Notes: generated by a model from the sequence alone, not told the origin. Counted from the first letter of the stretch, positions 1 to 8,842 are shown. The stretch is DNA of 24,000 bases from Cyclobacteriaceae bacterium (GCA_016787755.1 JAEUUA010000023.1:88613-112612), one strand, 5' to 3'. Made by a program: numbers and translations.

Positions 1-492
1 CATAGAATACGGATGATATAATGTTGAAAGTTTAGAATTGACAAATCGCCAACCCATAGTAGTATCATACACTTCGGCTTTGCGCGAAAAAGGTTCCTCT
101 GATTTCGGCATGACAAACGGAGCCCGACTCATGCTTTCCACTCCGCCCGCGATATAGCAATCTCCATCTCCATTCAAGATTGCCCGCGTTGAATCCATAA
201 TCGCTTGTAATCCGGAAGCACAAAGTCGGTTTACGGTTACTCCTCCCACCTCAGTAGGAAGACCAGCGAGCAGCAAAGCCATGCGCGCTACATTGCGGTT
301 ATCCTCACCCGCCTGATTAGCCGCTCCGAAAACAACGTCTTCAATCACCTTCGGGTCAATGTTTTGATTGCGCGCCAGTAATTTTTTTATGACTGCTGCC
401 GCCAAGTCATCCGGCCTGACTGTTGCCAGTGTGCCCCCATATTTACCAACTGGTGTGCGAATAATATCAATGATGTATGCTGATTTTGTCAT
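1..492 (-). CDS. acetyl-CoA C-acetyltransferase (thiolase), N-terminal 164 codons; the gene continues past the window start
   Basis: Absent from the ORF track because the window edge truncates it. My reverse-strand translation from the ATG (492..490) reads MTKSAYIIDIIRTPVGKYGGTLATVRPDDLAAAVIKKLLARN...VNRLCASGLQAIMD...GGVESMSRAPF. This is a thiolase N-terminal domain with the acyl-enzyme Cys in NRLCASG. Confidence 0.85.
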   Translation of the reverse strand, partial: MTKSAYIIDIIRTPVGKYGGTLATVRPDDLAAAVIKKLLARNQNIDPKVIEDVVFGAANQAGEDNRNVARMALLLAGLPTEVGGVTVNRLCASGLQAIMDSTRAILNGDGDCYIAGGVESMSRAPFVMPKSEEPFSRKAEVYDTTMGWRFVNSKLSTLYHPYSM

Positions 493-532
493 ATAAATTT
501 TAAGCGGGTATTTGCCTGCCGCTTACATTTAG

Positions 533-540
533 TAGTTTTG
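533..540 (+). promoter_or_regulatory. candidate Bacteroidota -7 box (TAnnTTTG) for the DUF4293 gene
   Basis: TAGTTTTG lies at 533-540, 24 nt upstream of the ATG at 565. A -33-like TTTG lies at 511-514, 18 nt upstream of the box. Confidence 0.35.
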
Positions 541-564
541 CGAGCAAGTTAATGCAACCCTTTT

Positions 565-1026
565 ATGTGGCAAAGAATACAAACATTGTTTCTGGTTTTA
601 GTAGTAGTAAGTATGCTGGTAAGTTTTTTCCTACCCATTTGGAAGATAACCAGCGGAAGCACGGAAATGCAATTATATCCACTGCATTTTTCAACCATTG
701 AAAACGGAGTTAAAACTACCCAATATTTTCCCTTCAGCATGATGGCCATCTTAATGGCTGCAGCAGGTACCATTGCTGTGATGGAAATCATGCGATTCGA
801 TAACCGGATGACCCAAGTAAAGTTAGGAACACTTAATTCGTTAATTCTGGCGCTTGTGTTAGGCTCGGTGGTCTATTTTTATAATCAGGTCACCAATCAA
901 TATGGATACGGCAAATTTGGACTCAGCATTTGGGTTCCTTTTGTTGGTGTTGCCTGCAACTGGGTGGCCATTCGTTTCATACGCAGAGATGAAAAATTAG
1001 TGCGCGATTCAGATCGGATTCGGTAA
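565..1026 (+). CDS. DUF4293-like integral membrane protein
   Basis: 153-aa ORF with about four hydrophobic segments. The N-terminus MWQRIQTLFLVLVVVSMLV is typical of the Bacteroidota DUF4293 family as I remember it. Confidence 0.65.
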   Translation: MWQRIQTLFLVLVVVSMLVSFFLPIWKITSGSTEMQLYPLHFSTIENGVKTTQYFPFSMMAILMAAAGTIAVMEIMRFDNRMTQVKLGTLNSLILALVLGSVVYFYNQVTNQYGYGKFGLSIWVPFVGVACNWVAIRFIRRDEKLVRDSDRIR

Positions 1027-1079
1027 ACTTTATTACCCGTTTCCTGTTCCTTCTTGGTAAAAAAACTGCTTTAAAATTT

Positions 1080-1577
1080 ATGGCACTTACCAAACTAGGA
1101 TTCAAGGATGCAAACACCATTGGCACTCTTCCAACACCCGGAACGGCTGCACCTGACTTTATCCTAACCGCTACCGACCTGAGCGATGTGAGATTCAGTC
1201 ATTTTGCGGGAAAAACTGTGGTGTTAAATATTTTTCCAAGTGTAGACACAGGAACTTGTGCAACATCCGTTCGTGAGTTTAACAAACGAGCTGCTTCGCT
1301 TGAGAATACTGTTATCCTATGCATTTCTAAAGATTTACCTTTTGCACAAAAAAGATTTTGTGGAGCCGAAGGAATTGATAGCGTAATAACACTTTCTGAC
1401 TTCAGGGGTCGGGGTTTTGGAAAAGACTATGGGGTGGAATTAGTTGATAGCAGTTTTGCCGGGCTTTTCGCAAGAGCAGTAGTCGTTATTGATAATCATG
1501 GAACAATCACACATTCGCAACTTGTACCACAAATTGGCGAAGAGCCAGATTATGAAGAAGCATTAAATACGTTATAA
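1080..1577 (+). CDS. tpx: thiol peroxidase (atypical 2-Cys peroxiredoxin Tpx)
   Basis: 165 aa. The peroxidatic Cys context is FPSVDTGTCA and the resolving Cys context is RFCGAEG. Length and overall pattern match Tpx. Confidence 0.9.
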   Translation: MALTKLGFKDANTIGTLPTPGTAAPDFILTATDLSDVRFSHFAGKTVVLNIFPSVDTGTCATSVREFNKRAASLENTVILCISKDLPFAQKRFCGAEGIDSVITLSDFRGRGFGKDYGVELVDSSFAGLFARAVVVIDNHGTITHSQLVPQIGEEPDYEEALNTL

Positions 1578-1602
1578 ATAATACCACTGAAATTATTTTA
1601 AG

Positions 1603-1635
1603 ACCCTTTCCATAACGGAGAGGGTTTTGTTTTTC
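1603..1635 (+). terminator. intrinsic terminator downstream of tpx
   Basis: ACCCTTTCC-ataac-GGAGAGGGT forms a 9-bp stem with one G.U pair and a 5-nt loop (1603-1625). It is followed directly by TTTGTTTTT. Confidence 0.75.
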
Positions 1636-1679
1636 AACCAATTCTATTTCATGTACATTTCATTTTAAAATAAGAAGTA

Positions 1680-2948
1680 ATGAAAAATTATCTGCTGCTA
1701 GGTCTTGCCTTTATATTGTTCAATAGTCTAAAAGCACAAACCCCAACCCGGTATTATCTTACTGCCGACCGCATTTTTGATGGTGAAGCCATGCATGAAG
1801 GTTGGGCGGTGGTGGTTGAAAACGATAAAATCATCGAAGCCGGTCCTAAGGGCAAAGTGAAAGAACCTGCCGGTGCCACCAAAATTAATTTCCCAAACTC
1901 AACCCTTACCCCAGGGCTCATTGAAGGCCATTCCCATTTGTTGCTTTATCCTTATAACATTACTGATTGGGATACTCAGGTCTTAAAAGAAACTGATTCG
2001 TATCGAACTGCTCGTGCTACCGTGCATGCAAAAAATACGTTGATGGCCGGCTTCACTTCTGCACGCGACTTAGGTACCGAAGGCGCAGGCTATTCGGATG
2101 TGGCGCTGAAGCGCGCGATTAATGAAGGCATTATTCCTGGTCCGCGTTTAATGGTAGCCGGTAGAGCCATTGTTTCCACGGGTTCGTATGGGCCTAAAGG
2201 GTACGACTTAGATCAGGAAATTATGTTGGGTGCCGAACCTGCTGATGGCAATGACTTGATTCGCGTGGTGCGCGATCAAATTGGTAAAGGCGCTGACTTT
2301 ATAAAAGTATATGCCGACTATCGATGGGGCATCAATGGTGAAGATCGACCGTCTTTTACATTGGACGAATTAAAATTAATTAATGAAGTGACGCGCAGCA
2401 GCGGTAGAGTATTGGTGTGTCATGCAAAATCAAAAGAAGCTATCACACGTGCTGTGTTAGCAGGAGCCGAAACGATTGAGCATGGAGATTTTATCGATTC
2501 AGAGGTTGCCAAATTGATGAAAGAGCATAATGTAACCTACTTCCCAACGATTGCTGCGGTTGATATGATTACACAATACAGGGGTTGGAAAAAAGGAGTG
2601 AGCCCTGAACCTGCCAACGTAACAAACAAAAAGAAAAGTTTTAAAGATTCGATTGCTTCCGGAGTAGCGATTGGTATGGGAGGTGATGTAGGTGTATACC
2701 CGCATGGCGAAAATGTATTGGAAATGGAATTGATGGTAGAATATGGCATGAAAACGTTTGACGTGCTGAAAGCTGCGACCAGCATAAATGCCCGTGCTTT
2801 TCATTTAGACAATCAGGTTGGATCCATTAAAGAAGGGCTTAAAGCTGATTTGGTAATTGTAACAGGTGACCCTTCCAAAAACATTTCTGATCTTAGAAAG
2901 GTAAAGTTTGTGATGAAGGATGGCGTGGTTTATCGGAATGAGAAATAA
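1680..2948 (+). CDS. secreted metal-dependent amidohydrolase family protein
   Basis: 422 aa. N-terminal signal peptide MKNYLLLGLAFILFNSLKA. HxH metal motif in GLIEGHSHLL, with later H/D ligand contexts (VCHAKS, IEHGD, GGDVG). The architecture resembles imidazolonepropionase or Xaa-Arg/Lys dipeptidase-type amidohydrolases. Confidence 0.8.
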   Translation: MKNYLLLGLAFILFNSLKAQTPTRYYLTADRIFDGEAMHEGWAVVVENDKIIEAGPKGKVKEPAGATKINFPNSTLTPGLIEGHSHLLLYPYNITDWDTQVLKETDSYRTARATVHAKNTLMAGFTSARDLGTEGAGYSDVALKRAINEGIIPGPRLMVAGRAIVSTGSYGPKGYDLDQEIMLGAEPADGNDLIRVVRDQIGKGADFIKVYADYRWGINGEDRPSFTLDELKLINEVTRSSGRVLVCHAKSKEAITRAVLAGAETIEHGDFIDSEVAKLMKEHNVTYFPTIAAVDMITQYRGWKKGVSPEPANVTNKKKSFKDSIASGVAIGMGGDVGVYPHGENVLEMELMVEYGMKTFDVLKAATSINARAFHLDNQVGSIKEGLKADLVIVTGDPSKNISDLRKVKFVMKDGVVYRNEK

Positions 2949-3012
2949 ATACTGATTGCACGCAAAGGCGCTAAGTTCGCGAAGAATCAACTATAAGAAT
3001 GAGAAATAAATA
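2936..3012. repeat. 16-bp perfect direct repeat (GAATGAGAAATAAATA) at 2936-2951 and 2997-3012, bracketing a 45-bp insert
   Basis: Read directly. Copy 1 contains the last codons and stop of the amidohydrolase gene (AAT GAG AAA TAA). Copy 2 lies 61 bp downstream. The bracketed 45 bp carries a heptamer array. Confidence 0.85.
2961..2984 (+). repeat. heptamer array CGCAAAG-g-CGCTAAG-tt-CGCGAAG
   Basis: Three C[G/A]CNAAG heptamers with starts 8 and 9 bp apart. Intergenic. Confidence 0.8.
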
Positions 3013-3060
3013 TTTTGTAGCTTAGAATTCTAATCGCACATGAGGACGCCTAGAAAAAAT

Positions 3061-3084
3061 CTTTGCGTTCTTTGCGACTTAGCG
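3061..3084 (-). repeat. heptamer array, inverted orientation: CTTTGCG-tt-CTTTGCG-a-CTTAGCG
   Basis: The reverse complement reads CGCTAAG-t-CGCAAAG-aa-CGCAAAG. It lies 16 bp upstream of the ATG at 3100. A degenerate plus-orientation copy (CGCACAT-gagga-CGCCTAG) lies at 3035-3053. Confidence 0.8.
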
Positions 3085-3099
3085 TGAACCCTTAAAACT

Positions 3100-3963
3100 A
3101 TGAATCGCAAACAAGCATTAAAATCAATTGCAGCTAGTGCAGCAGGCGTAGTAGCCCTACCCGAAATGGTAAAAGCAATGAATACCTTGCCAGATAACTT
3201 GAAAAACAATATCAATCATTCGGTATGCCAATGGTGTTATGGCTCCATTCCACTTGAAGAGTTAGCAAAGGCTGCTAAGGAGATTGGATTAAAGTCCGTT
3301 GAGTTGCTTGGGCCCGATCAATGGGCAACGGTTATTAAACATGGACTCACGTGTGCAATGGCTTACGGAACGGATATTGGTTTGAATAAGGGATTTAACG
3401 ATCCTTCCTTACATGGGAAATTCTTAAAAGATTATTCAGATAGCATTCCGAAAGCGGCAGAGGCCGGGCTAAAAAGCGTTATCTGTTTTAGCGGCAATGC
3501 CAATGGACTAAGCGCTGAAAAAGGACTTGAGAATTGCGCTAAAGGACTGGAGCCAGTGGTAAAAATTGCCCAGAAATATAACATCACCCTGCAAATGGAA
3601 TTACTCAACAGTAAAGTAGATCATAAAGATTATCAGTGCGACCATACCGAGTGGGGCGTAACCCTTTGTGAAAAACTTGGCTCTCCAAATTTTCAATTGC
3701 TATACGATATCTATCACATGCAGATTATGGAAGGTGATGTAATTGCTACCATCCGTAAATACAATAAATACATTGGTCATTATCACACAGGAGGTGTACC
3801 CGGCCGCAACGAGATTGATGAAACGCAAGAACTCTACTACCCAGCCATTATGCAGGCGATTGTTGACACCGGCTTCAAAGGTTTTGTTGCTCAGGAGTTT
3901 ATTCCTAAACGCCCGGATAAGTTAGCATCGTTGAAGCAAGGCGTGGGAATTTGTGATGTTTAG
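3100..3963 (+). CDS. hydroxypyruvate isomerase family (xylose-isomerase-like TIM barrel) protein with an N-terminal export signal
   Basis: 287 aa. The block QLLYDIYHMQIMEGD...IGHYHTGG.PGRNE...GFVAQEFIP aligns by eye with E. coli Hyi (QYDIYHMQRMEG...IGHLQIAD.PHRGEPG...GWVGCEYKP). The N-terminus MNRKQALKSIAASAAGVVALPEMVKA looks like a Tat/Sec signal. Confidence 0.8.
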   Translation: MNRKQALKSIAASAAGVVALPEMVKAMNTLPDNLKNNINHSVCQWCYGSIPLEELAKAAKEIGLKSVELLGPDQWATVIKHGLTCAMAYGTDIGLNKGFNDPSLHGKFLKDYSDSIPKAAEAGLKSVICFSGNANGLSAEKGLENCAKGLEPVVKIAQKYNITLQMELLNSKVDHKDYQCDHTEWGVTLCEKLGSPNFQLLYDIYHMQIMEGDVIATIRKYNKYIGHYHTGGVPGRNEIDETQELYYPAIMQAIVDTGFKGFVAQEFIPKRPDKLASLKQGVGICDV

Positions 3964-4049
3964 ATCAATGTTGGGAACCATATAAATTTATTAAGGAGAT
4001 AAAATTTATTATTCTTTATTCTCCACAGGAATAAATAAAACCACATAGG

Positions 4050-4075
4050 CGCCAAGACCACGAAGCTTCACTAAG
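4050..4075 (+). repeat. heptamer array CGCCAAG-ac-CACGAAG-ctt-CACTAAG
   Basis: Three heptamers with starts 9 and 10 bp apart. Intergenic. Confidence 0.7.
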
Positions 4076-4089
4076 AAAATTAGATTTGA

Positions 4090-4104
4090 CTTAGCGCGTT
4101 TGCG
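4090..4104 (-). repeat. heptamer array, inverted orientation: CTTAGCG-c-GTTTGCG
   Basis: The reverse complement reads CGCAAAC-g-CGCTAAG. It lies 14 bp from the plus-orientation array at 4050-4075 and 76 bp upstream of the ATG at 4180. Confidence 0.65.
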
Positions 4105-4179
4105 GCTATATAAAAGAATCTCCATTCAGAATATCTTCCAAATCACATTGCAGTTTTGGCCAACTAAAATTTATAAAGC

Positions 4180-4608
4180 ATGAAAAAGTTAACACTTGTA
4201 TTGGCCCTTGTAATGGTTACCGGATTTATGATGGCTCAAAAAATTCAGAGTAAAGATGTTCCTGAAGCAGTTAAAGCTTCTTTCCAAAAAGAATTCCCTG
4301 GTGCCAAAGCAGCCAAATGGGATAAAGAAGAAAGTAACTTCGAAGCCAGTTTTGATAACAATAAATCAGATCAATCCGTTGTATTTGATGCAGGGGGGAA
4401 TATTCTTGAGATCGAGGTGGAAATCGACTCGAGTGAATTACCAAAGGGCGTGATGGAATATGTGACCTCAACCTATCCAGGAAAGAAAATTAAAGAAGTG
4501 GCTAAAATTACGGATGCTCAAAAAATAATAACCTACGAAGTAGAGGTAAGTGGCATGGATGTAATCTTCAACGAGCAAGGAAAATTTATAAAAGAAATTA
4601 AAGAATAA
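4180..4608 (+). CDS. PepSY-like (DUF2874, beta-lactamase-inhibitor-like) periplasmic protein
   Basis: 142 aa. Signal peptide MKKLTLVLALVMVTGFMMA. Repeated modules of the type VPEAVKASFQKEFPGAKAAKWDKEE..FEASF and LPKGVMEYVTSTYPGKKIKEVAKI are typical of this family. Confidence 0.7.
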   Translation: MKKLTLVLALVMVTGFMMAQKIQSKDVPEAVKASFQKEFPGAKAAKWDKEESNFEASFDNNKSDQSVVFDAGGNILEIEVEIDSSELPKGVMEYVTSTYPGKKIKEVAKITDAQKIITYEVEVSGMDVIFNEQGKFIKEIKE

Positions 4609-4617
4609 GAATTTATC

Positions 4618-7026
4618 GTGCAGTTGAAATCAGGTTCTCTCTTTTTGTTTATTCTCATTCCGGTTTTTGCCTTTGGTAATGTGGCAAGCGTCACGGTATC
4701 GGGTATCGTAAAAGAAAGCGCAACAAAAGCTCCGCTTGGCTATGTAAACGTGGTGTTGAAAACAGAAAAAGACAGTGTCTTTGTTACAGGCACCGTTACC
4801 AATGAAGAAGGCAGGTTTGTAATTCCAACGATCAGTCCGGGTAATTATGTGTTGGAAATCTCCTTCATTGGATATAAAACAAAAAAGCAATCGCTTTATG
4901 TGGGCAGTCTCACCGACTATTTAGATGTAGCCACTATTGAATTAGAGGAAGCCACTGAAACACTGAATGCAGTAGTCATCACCGGTGAACAAGAAGGTGT
5001 TTCTGCTAAAATGGATAAGAAGACGTTTGCTGTGGCTGATAACATCAGTCAAAGCGGAGGCTCGGTGCTACAAGCCATGCAAAATTTACCGGGCGTTACT
5101 ATACAAGATGGCAAAGTGCAGTTGCGCGGCAGCGATCGGGTGGCCGTGCTTATGGATGGTAAGCAAACTGCCCTTACCGGATTTGGCAATCAAAGCGGAC
5201 TGGATAACATTCCTGCCTCAGCTATTGAAAAAATAGAAATCATTAATAACCCCTCCGCGAAGTATGATGCGAATGGAAATGCAGGCATCATCAACATCGT
5301 TTACAAAAAAAATAAACAAGAGGGGTTTAGCGGAAAGGTGGGGATGGCGTTGGGAGTTGGTGCCTTGTGGATTAAAAAAGAAAATTTGCCAGCCATCCGA
5401 CCACAATACCAGGGTACTCCTAAAATAAATCCTTCCCTGGCACTCAACTATCGAAAAAATAATATCAACCTGTTCTTTCAAGGAGACTATCTCTATACGC
5501 ACACGCTTAACAAAAATGAATTTGTTGAACGAATTTATGAGGATGGAACCATCATCAATCAACAAACCAAAAGAAACAGGGATACTAGTTTGCCTACCGT
5601 AAAAGCAGGAGTGGATTGGAGCATTGATGATTATAATACGCTTACTGTTTCTGGATTCTTTAGCAGTGAAAAAATTCTTGACCGGGGTGACGAACCTTTT
5701 TTTAATCAAGATTATACGACCCGATACCGTCTATGGCAATTTTTAGAAGATGAATTAAAAACTACGGTGATGGCCACGGCAGCCTACCAGCATAAGTTTA
5801 AAGAAGCAGGGCGATTGTTAAATATTGGTTTCAATTATACATTTCATCGCGAAGACGAAAAATACTTCTTCACAAACATAGTGCCTGCGTACACAGGCTA
5901 CGATGCCTTCAAATTAATTTCAGATGAAAGTGTTGCCGACCTGACTCTGGATTATATCCGTCCACTCCGCTATGGTCGTATTGAAAGTGGCTTGAAGTTT
6001 AGAAGAAGAACAATCCCCACCAATATGTTGTTTATTCCGGGCATTAACTCACCGTTAGATACCACAGCGGGTGGCTGGGCTATTTACAAAGAAACCATTC
6101 CGGCTGTCTATGGAAATTACGTATTCGAGAATAAGAAGTACGAAGCTGAGATTGGTTTGCGGGTGGAGTATGTTGGCTTACAATATGATGTGAATCCAGA
6201 ACATAGCACGTATAAAAGTGATGGCTACAACTATACGCAACCTTTCCCCAATATTCGGTTAGCGTATAAAATCAATCCTCAAAATAAATTGTCTGCGTTC
6301 TTCAATCGTAGGGTAGATCGACCAAACGAAGTGGATATTCGAATCTTTCCAAAGTATGATGATGCTGAAATTATTAAAGTAGGAAACCCAGCGCTTCGAC
6401 CGCAATTCACCAACCTTTATGAGGTAGGGTATAAAACCGGGTGGAAGAGTGGTTCCTTTTATTCAGCAGTTTATCACAAGGCTTCGGAAGGAACGATTAC
6501 GAGAGTAGCCAGTACGGTGCCTGGCAGCAATTTAATTTACGCCATCTTTCAAAACGCCAAAAGGAGTTATAATACAGGTGTTGAACTGGTTTTCTCACAA
6601 GAGGTTTCAACCTGTTTATCACTTAACCTCAATGTGAATGCCTATCATAATCAAATTGATGATTTCTCGGTTGAAAATAAATATCCTGAGCCCCACACCT
6701 TTACAGCAGCAAAACAAGAAATCAATTCATGGAATGCTAAACTGAATGGACTCTTTCGATTGAAAAATGCTTTCGAAGCACAAGTAACGGCTATCTATTT
6801 AGCTCCCGATATTATTCCGCAAGGAAAAATTGGCACTCGCTTTTCGTTAGATGTAGGGATTAAAAAGAGTATTCAGAAAGGAAAAGGTGAATTGTTTATG
6901 AATGCCACCGATCTATTGAATACCATGGTAATAAAAAGAGAAATTCAGGGGGCAGGTTTTAAATACATAAGCAATGATTACTACGAAACTCAGATAATCC
7001 GACTTGGGTATAGTTTAAAGTTCTAA
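4618..7026 (+). CDS. TonB-dependent receptor / outer-membrane beta-barrel protein with an N-terminal CarboxypepD_reg domain
   Basis: 802 aa with a GTG start 9 bp after the PepSY-like gene. Signal peptide present. CarboxypepD_reg-like segment VSGIVKE..PLGYVNVVL...GRFVI..ISPGNYVLEISFIGYK. Plug-like segment SVLQAMQNLPGVTIQDGKVQLRGS. The C-terminal residue is aromatic (..LGYSLKF). Confidence 0.85.
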   Translation: MQLKSGSLFLFILIPVFAFGNVASVTVSGIVKESATKAPLGYVNVVLKTEKDSVFVTGTVTNEEGRFVIPTISPGNYVLEISFIGYKTKKQSLYVGSLTDYLDVATIELEEATETLNAVVITGEQEGVSAKMDKKTFAVADNISQSGGSVLQAMQNLPGVTIQDGKVQLRGSDRVAVLMDGKQTALTGFGNQSGLDNIPASAIEKIEIINNPSAKYDANGNAGIINIVYKKNKQEGFSGKVGMALGVGALWIKKENLPAIRPQYQGTPKINPSLALNYRKNNINLFFQGDYLYTHTLNKNEFVERIYEDGTIINQQTKRNRDTSLPTVKAGVDWSIDDYNTLTVSGFFSSEKILDRGDEPFFNQDYTTRYRLWQFLEDELKTTVMATAAYQHKFKEAGRLLNIGFNYTFHREDEKYFFTNIVPAYTGYDAFKLISDESVADLTLDYIRPLRYGRIESGLKFRRRTIPTNMLFIPGINSPLDTTAGGWAIYKETIPAVYGNYVFENKKYEAEIGLRVEYVGLQYDVNPEHSTYKSDGYNYTQPFPNIRLAYKINPQNKLSAFFNRRVDRPNEVDIRIFPKYDDAEIIKVGNPALRPQFTNLYEVGYKTGWKSGSFYSAVYHKASEGTITRVASTVPGSNLIYAIFQNAKRSYNTGVELVFSQEVSTCLSLNLNVNAYHNQIDDFSVENKYPEPHTFTAAKQEINSWNAKLNGLFRLKNAFEAQVTAIYLAPDIIPQGKIGTRFSLDVGIKKSIQKGKGELFMNATDLLNTMVIKREIQGAGFKYISNDYYETQIIRLGYSLKF

Positions 7027-7038
7027 AGTGATGATACT

Positions 7039-7926
7039 CTAACTCACTTGTTCTTGCTCAACTGGTCTTGGGAGTTTCCAACGCTTATGGCTCCATAACC
7101 AATACGGAGGCCTCGCGACAATGTCTTTTTCCAACAGATGATTAATCCGCTCAATTATTTCGCCATAGCCAGTAGACCGTGGTGTTTCAATGGCATCTGT
7201 AAACTCAAAAGTGTAGTACCCTCGTTTTACTTTATTAATACGGCCGGAAAGAACAGGATAGTTATATTCTTTCGCATACTTTTCGGCACCAAAAATCATA
7301 GCTGTATCTTGATTTAAGAAATTTGACCAATAGCAATTTTTATGGTTGCTAGGAAACTGATCTATACCGAATATAATTACGCGCAAATTATCTTTCTTCT
7401 CAAACTCCTCTTTGGTGGCTTTAGTAGATATCATTTTTAGTCCATAGCGGCTTCGTGTATCACGCATTTTTTTATCAAAGAAAGCGTTGCTCAATGGTTT
7501 ATAAATAGCCACCGCTTTATGTTTTAGGGGTGCATCAATCGCCACAGCGAAAAGTTCCCAATTGTTATAATGACCACCTGCCAGAATCACACTTTGCCCC
7601 TGATTATAAAATCGATCAATATATTCCGGGTTTAGTATTCTCATTCTCTTCTGAACTTCCTTCTCGGAAATGGTAAATACCTTAAGGCTTTCAACCACCA
7701 GGTCGCACAAATGCCGATAAAATTCTCGCTCTATTTGTTGGTGTTCTTCCGCACTCCGTTCAGGAAAGGAATTACTAATATTTTTGATTACTACTTTCTT
7801 TCGGTAACCGATCATTTTATAGATTACAACATACAGCCCGTCTGACAAAAAGTATAGAACCGGATAAGGCAAGTAAGAAATCGGAATTAGAAATCCGTAA
7901 TAGAACAAGGAATTCAAAAATCTCAT
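7039..7926 (-). CDS. LpxL/HtrB-type lipid A (lysophospholipid) acyltransferase family protein
   Basis: The H(X)4E acyltransferase motif is present in GGHYNNWEL, and there is an N-terminal hydrophobic anchor. The ORF track begins at a TTG (7941). I prefer the first ATG at 7926 (MRFLNSLFYYGF...). Confidence 0.75.
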   Translation of the reverse strand: MRFLNSLFYYGFLIPISYLPYPVLYFLSDGLYVVIYKMIGYRKKVVIKNISNSFPERSAEEHQQIEREFYRHLCDLVVESLKVFTISEKEVQKRMRILNPEYIDRFYNQGQSVILAGGHYNNWELFAVAIDAPLKHKAVAIYKPLSNAFFDKKMRDTRSRYGLKMISTKATKEEFEKKDNLRVIIFGIDQFPSNHKNCYWSNFLNQDTAMIFGAEKYAKEYNYPVLSGRINKVKRGYYTFEFTDAIETPRSTGYGEIIERINHLLEKDIVARPPYWLWSHKRWKLPRPVEQEQVS

Positions 7927-8026
7927 AAGCAGGTCGGGCAAAGGTGCTAAAAAAATTAGTTACTCACCAAGTAAACAATTATATCTATATCGAGTGTGGA
8001 TTTATGTTCCCCGTAACGATCTTGCA

Positions 8027-8842
8027 TTAAAGTTTTGAAATCAATTCAACGTATAGCTCGGTAAGCTTTGCTTCCGCTTTCCCGGCAACGGCAATGATTT
8101 CGCTAATGACTGCGGGCTTTAGATTATCCGGATCGCAGTCATCGGTGAGAACTGAAATTGCACAACAGGGCAAGCCCATGTGATTGGCAACTAACACTTC
8201 AGGTACCGTGCTCATGCCTACCGCATCGGCACCAAACTGATGAAGAAAGCGATACTCTGCTCGGGTCTCAAGGTTTGGTCCCATCACGGCCACATAGACT
8301 CCTTTATGCAATTTGATTTTCTTATCCTTCGCTATTCTAATCAGTTTGTCATTTAATTTTTTTGAATAGGGCTGACTCATATCCGGGAAGCGCGGCCCTA
8401 GCACTTCAAAATTTTCGCCACGCAATGGATTATCCGGTTGCAGGTTAATGTGATCATCAATCAACATCAGATCACCTTTCTTCCACTTCATGTTCATGTT
8501 ACCTGCAGCATTGGAGATTAGCAATTGCTTTACGCCTAACATTTTCATGACCCGCACCGGTAAGGTAATTTGTTGCATGGAGTACCCTTCATAATAATGA
8601 AATCGACCTTGCATGGCTAGTACCTTCTTTCCCTTCACCTCGCCATAAATCAATTTGCCTTTATGAAACTCAACGGTAGATACAGGAAAGAATGGAATGA
8701 AATTATAATTGATGATAATTGGATTTTTGATTTTTTCAACAAACCTATTTCCTAGTCCTGTACCAAGAATAATTCCCACTTCAGGAGCAGTTACTCCATG
8801 GTTCTTTAAATATTCAGTTGCTTCTTTTATTTCGTGAATCAT
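8027..8842 (-). CDS. purine nucleoside phosphorylase (trimeric PNP/MTAP-type family)
   Basis: 271 aa. Contains IILGTGLG, GRFHYYEGY, ISNAAG, GPNLETRAE and GADAVGMSTVPE, which are the characteristic blocks of PNP family 2. Confidence 0.9.
   Translation of the reverse strand: MIHEIKEATEYLKNHGVTAPEVGIILGTGLGNRFVEKIKNPIIINYNFIPFFPVSTVEFHKGKLIYGEVKGKKVLAMQGRFHYYEGYSMQQITLPVRVMKMLGVKQLLISNAAGNMNMKWKKGDLMLIDDHINLQPDNPLRGENFEVLGPRFPDMSQPYSKKLNDKLIRIAKDKKIKLHKGVYVAVMGPNLETRAEYRFLHQFGADAVGMSTVPEVLVANHMGLPCCAISVLTDDCDPDNLKPAVISEIIAVAGKAEAKLTELYVELISKL

Noticed and set aside
501-525. A 7-bp-stem hairpin (TAAGCGG-11 nt-CCGCTTA) in the divergent thiolase/DUF4293 spacer.
   Set aside because: The stem is short, the loop is large and there is no U tract. 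It could be a 5'-UTR structure, but the sequence alone does not support a call.
5218-5709. 163-aa ORF antisense to the first TonB-dependent receptor gene. Similar antisense or overlapping ORFs lie at 549-791, 2499-2804, 4630-4890, 8908-9186, 9714-9992, 11443-11664, 12846-13061, 13749-13970, 14734-15090, 15673-15894 and 20190-20423.
   Set aside because: Each lies entirely within, or out of frame with, a longer ORF that has clear family motifs. Their translations are low-complexity or Cys/Phe/Ile-rich, as expected for the reverse strand of real genes.
7927-7941. TTG-initiated N-terminal extensions proposed by the ORF track for the acyltransferase (7941) and the LOG-family gene (14114).
   Set aside because: An in-frame ATG follows within 5 codons in both cases (7926 and 14099). 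The extra residues are not needed for any domain. The choice remains uncertain without homologue alignment.
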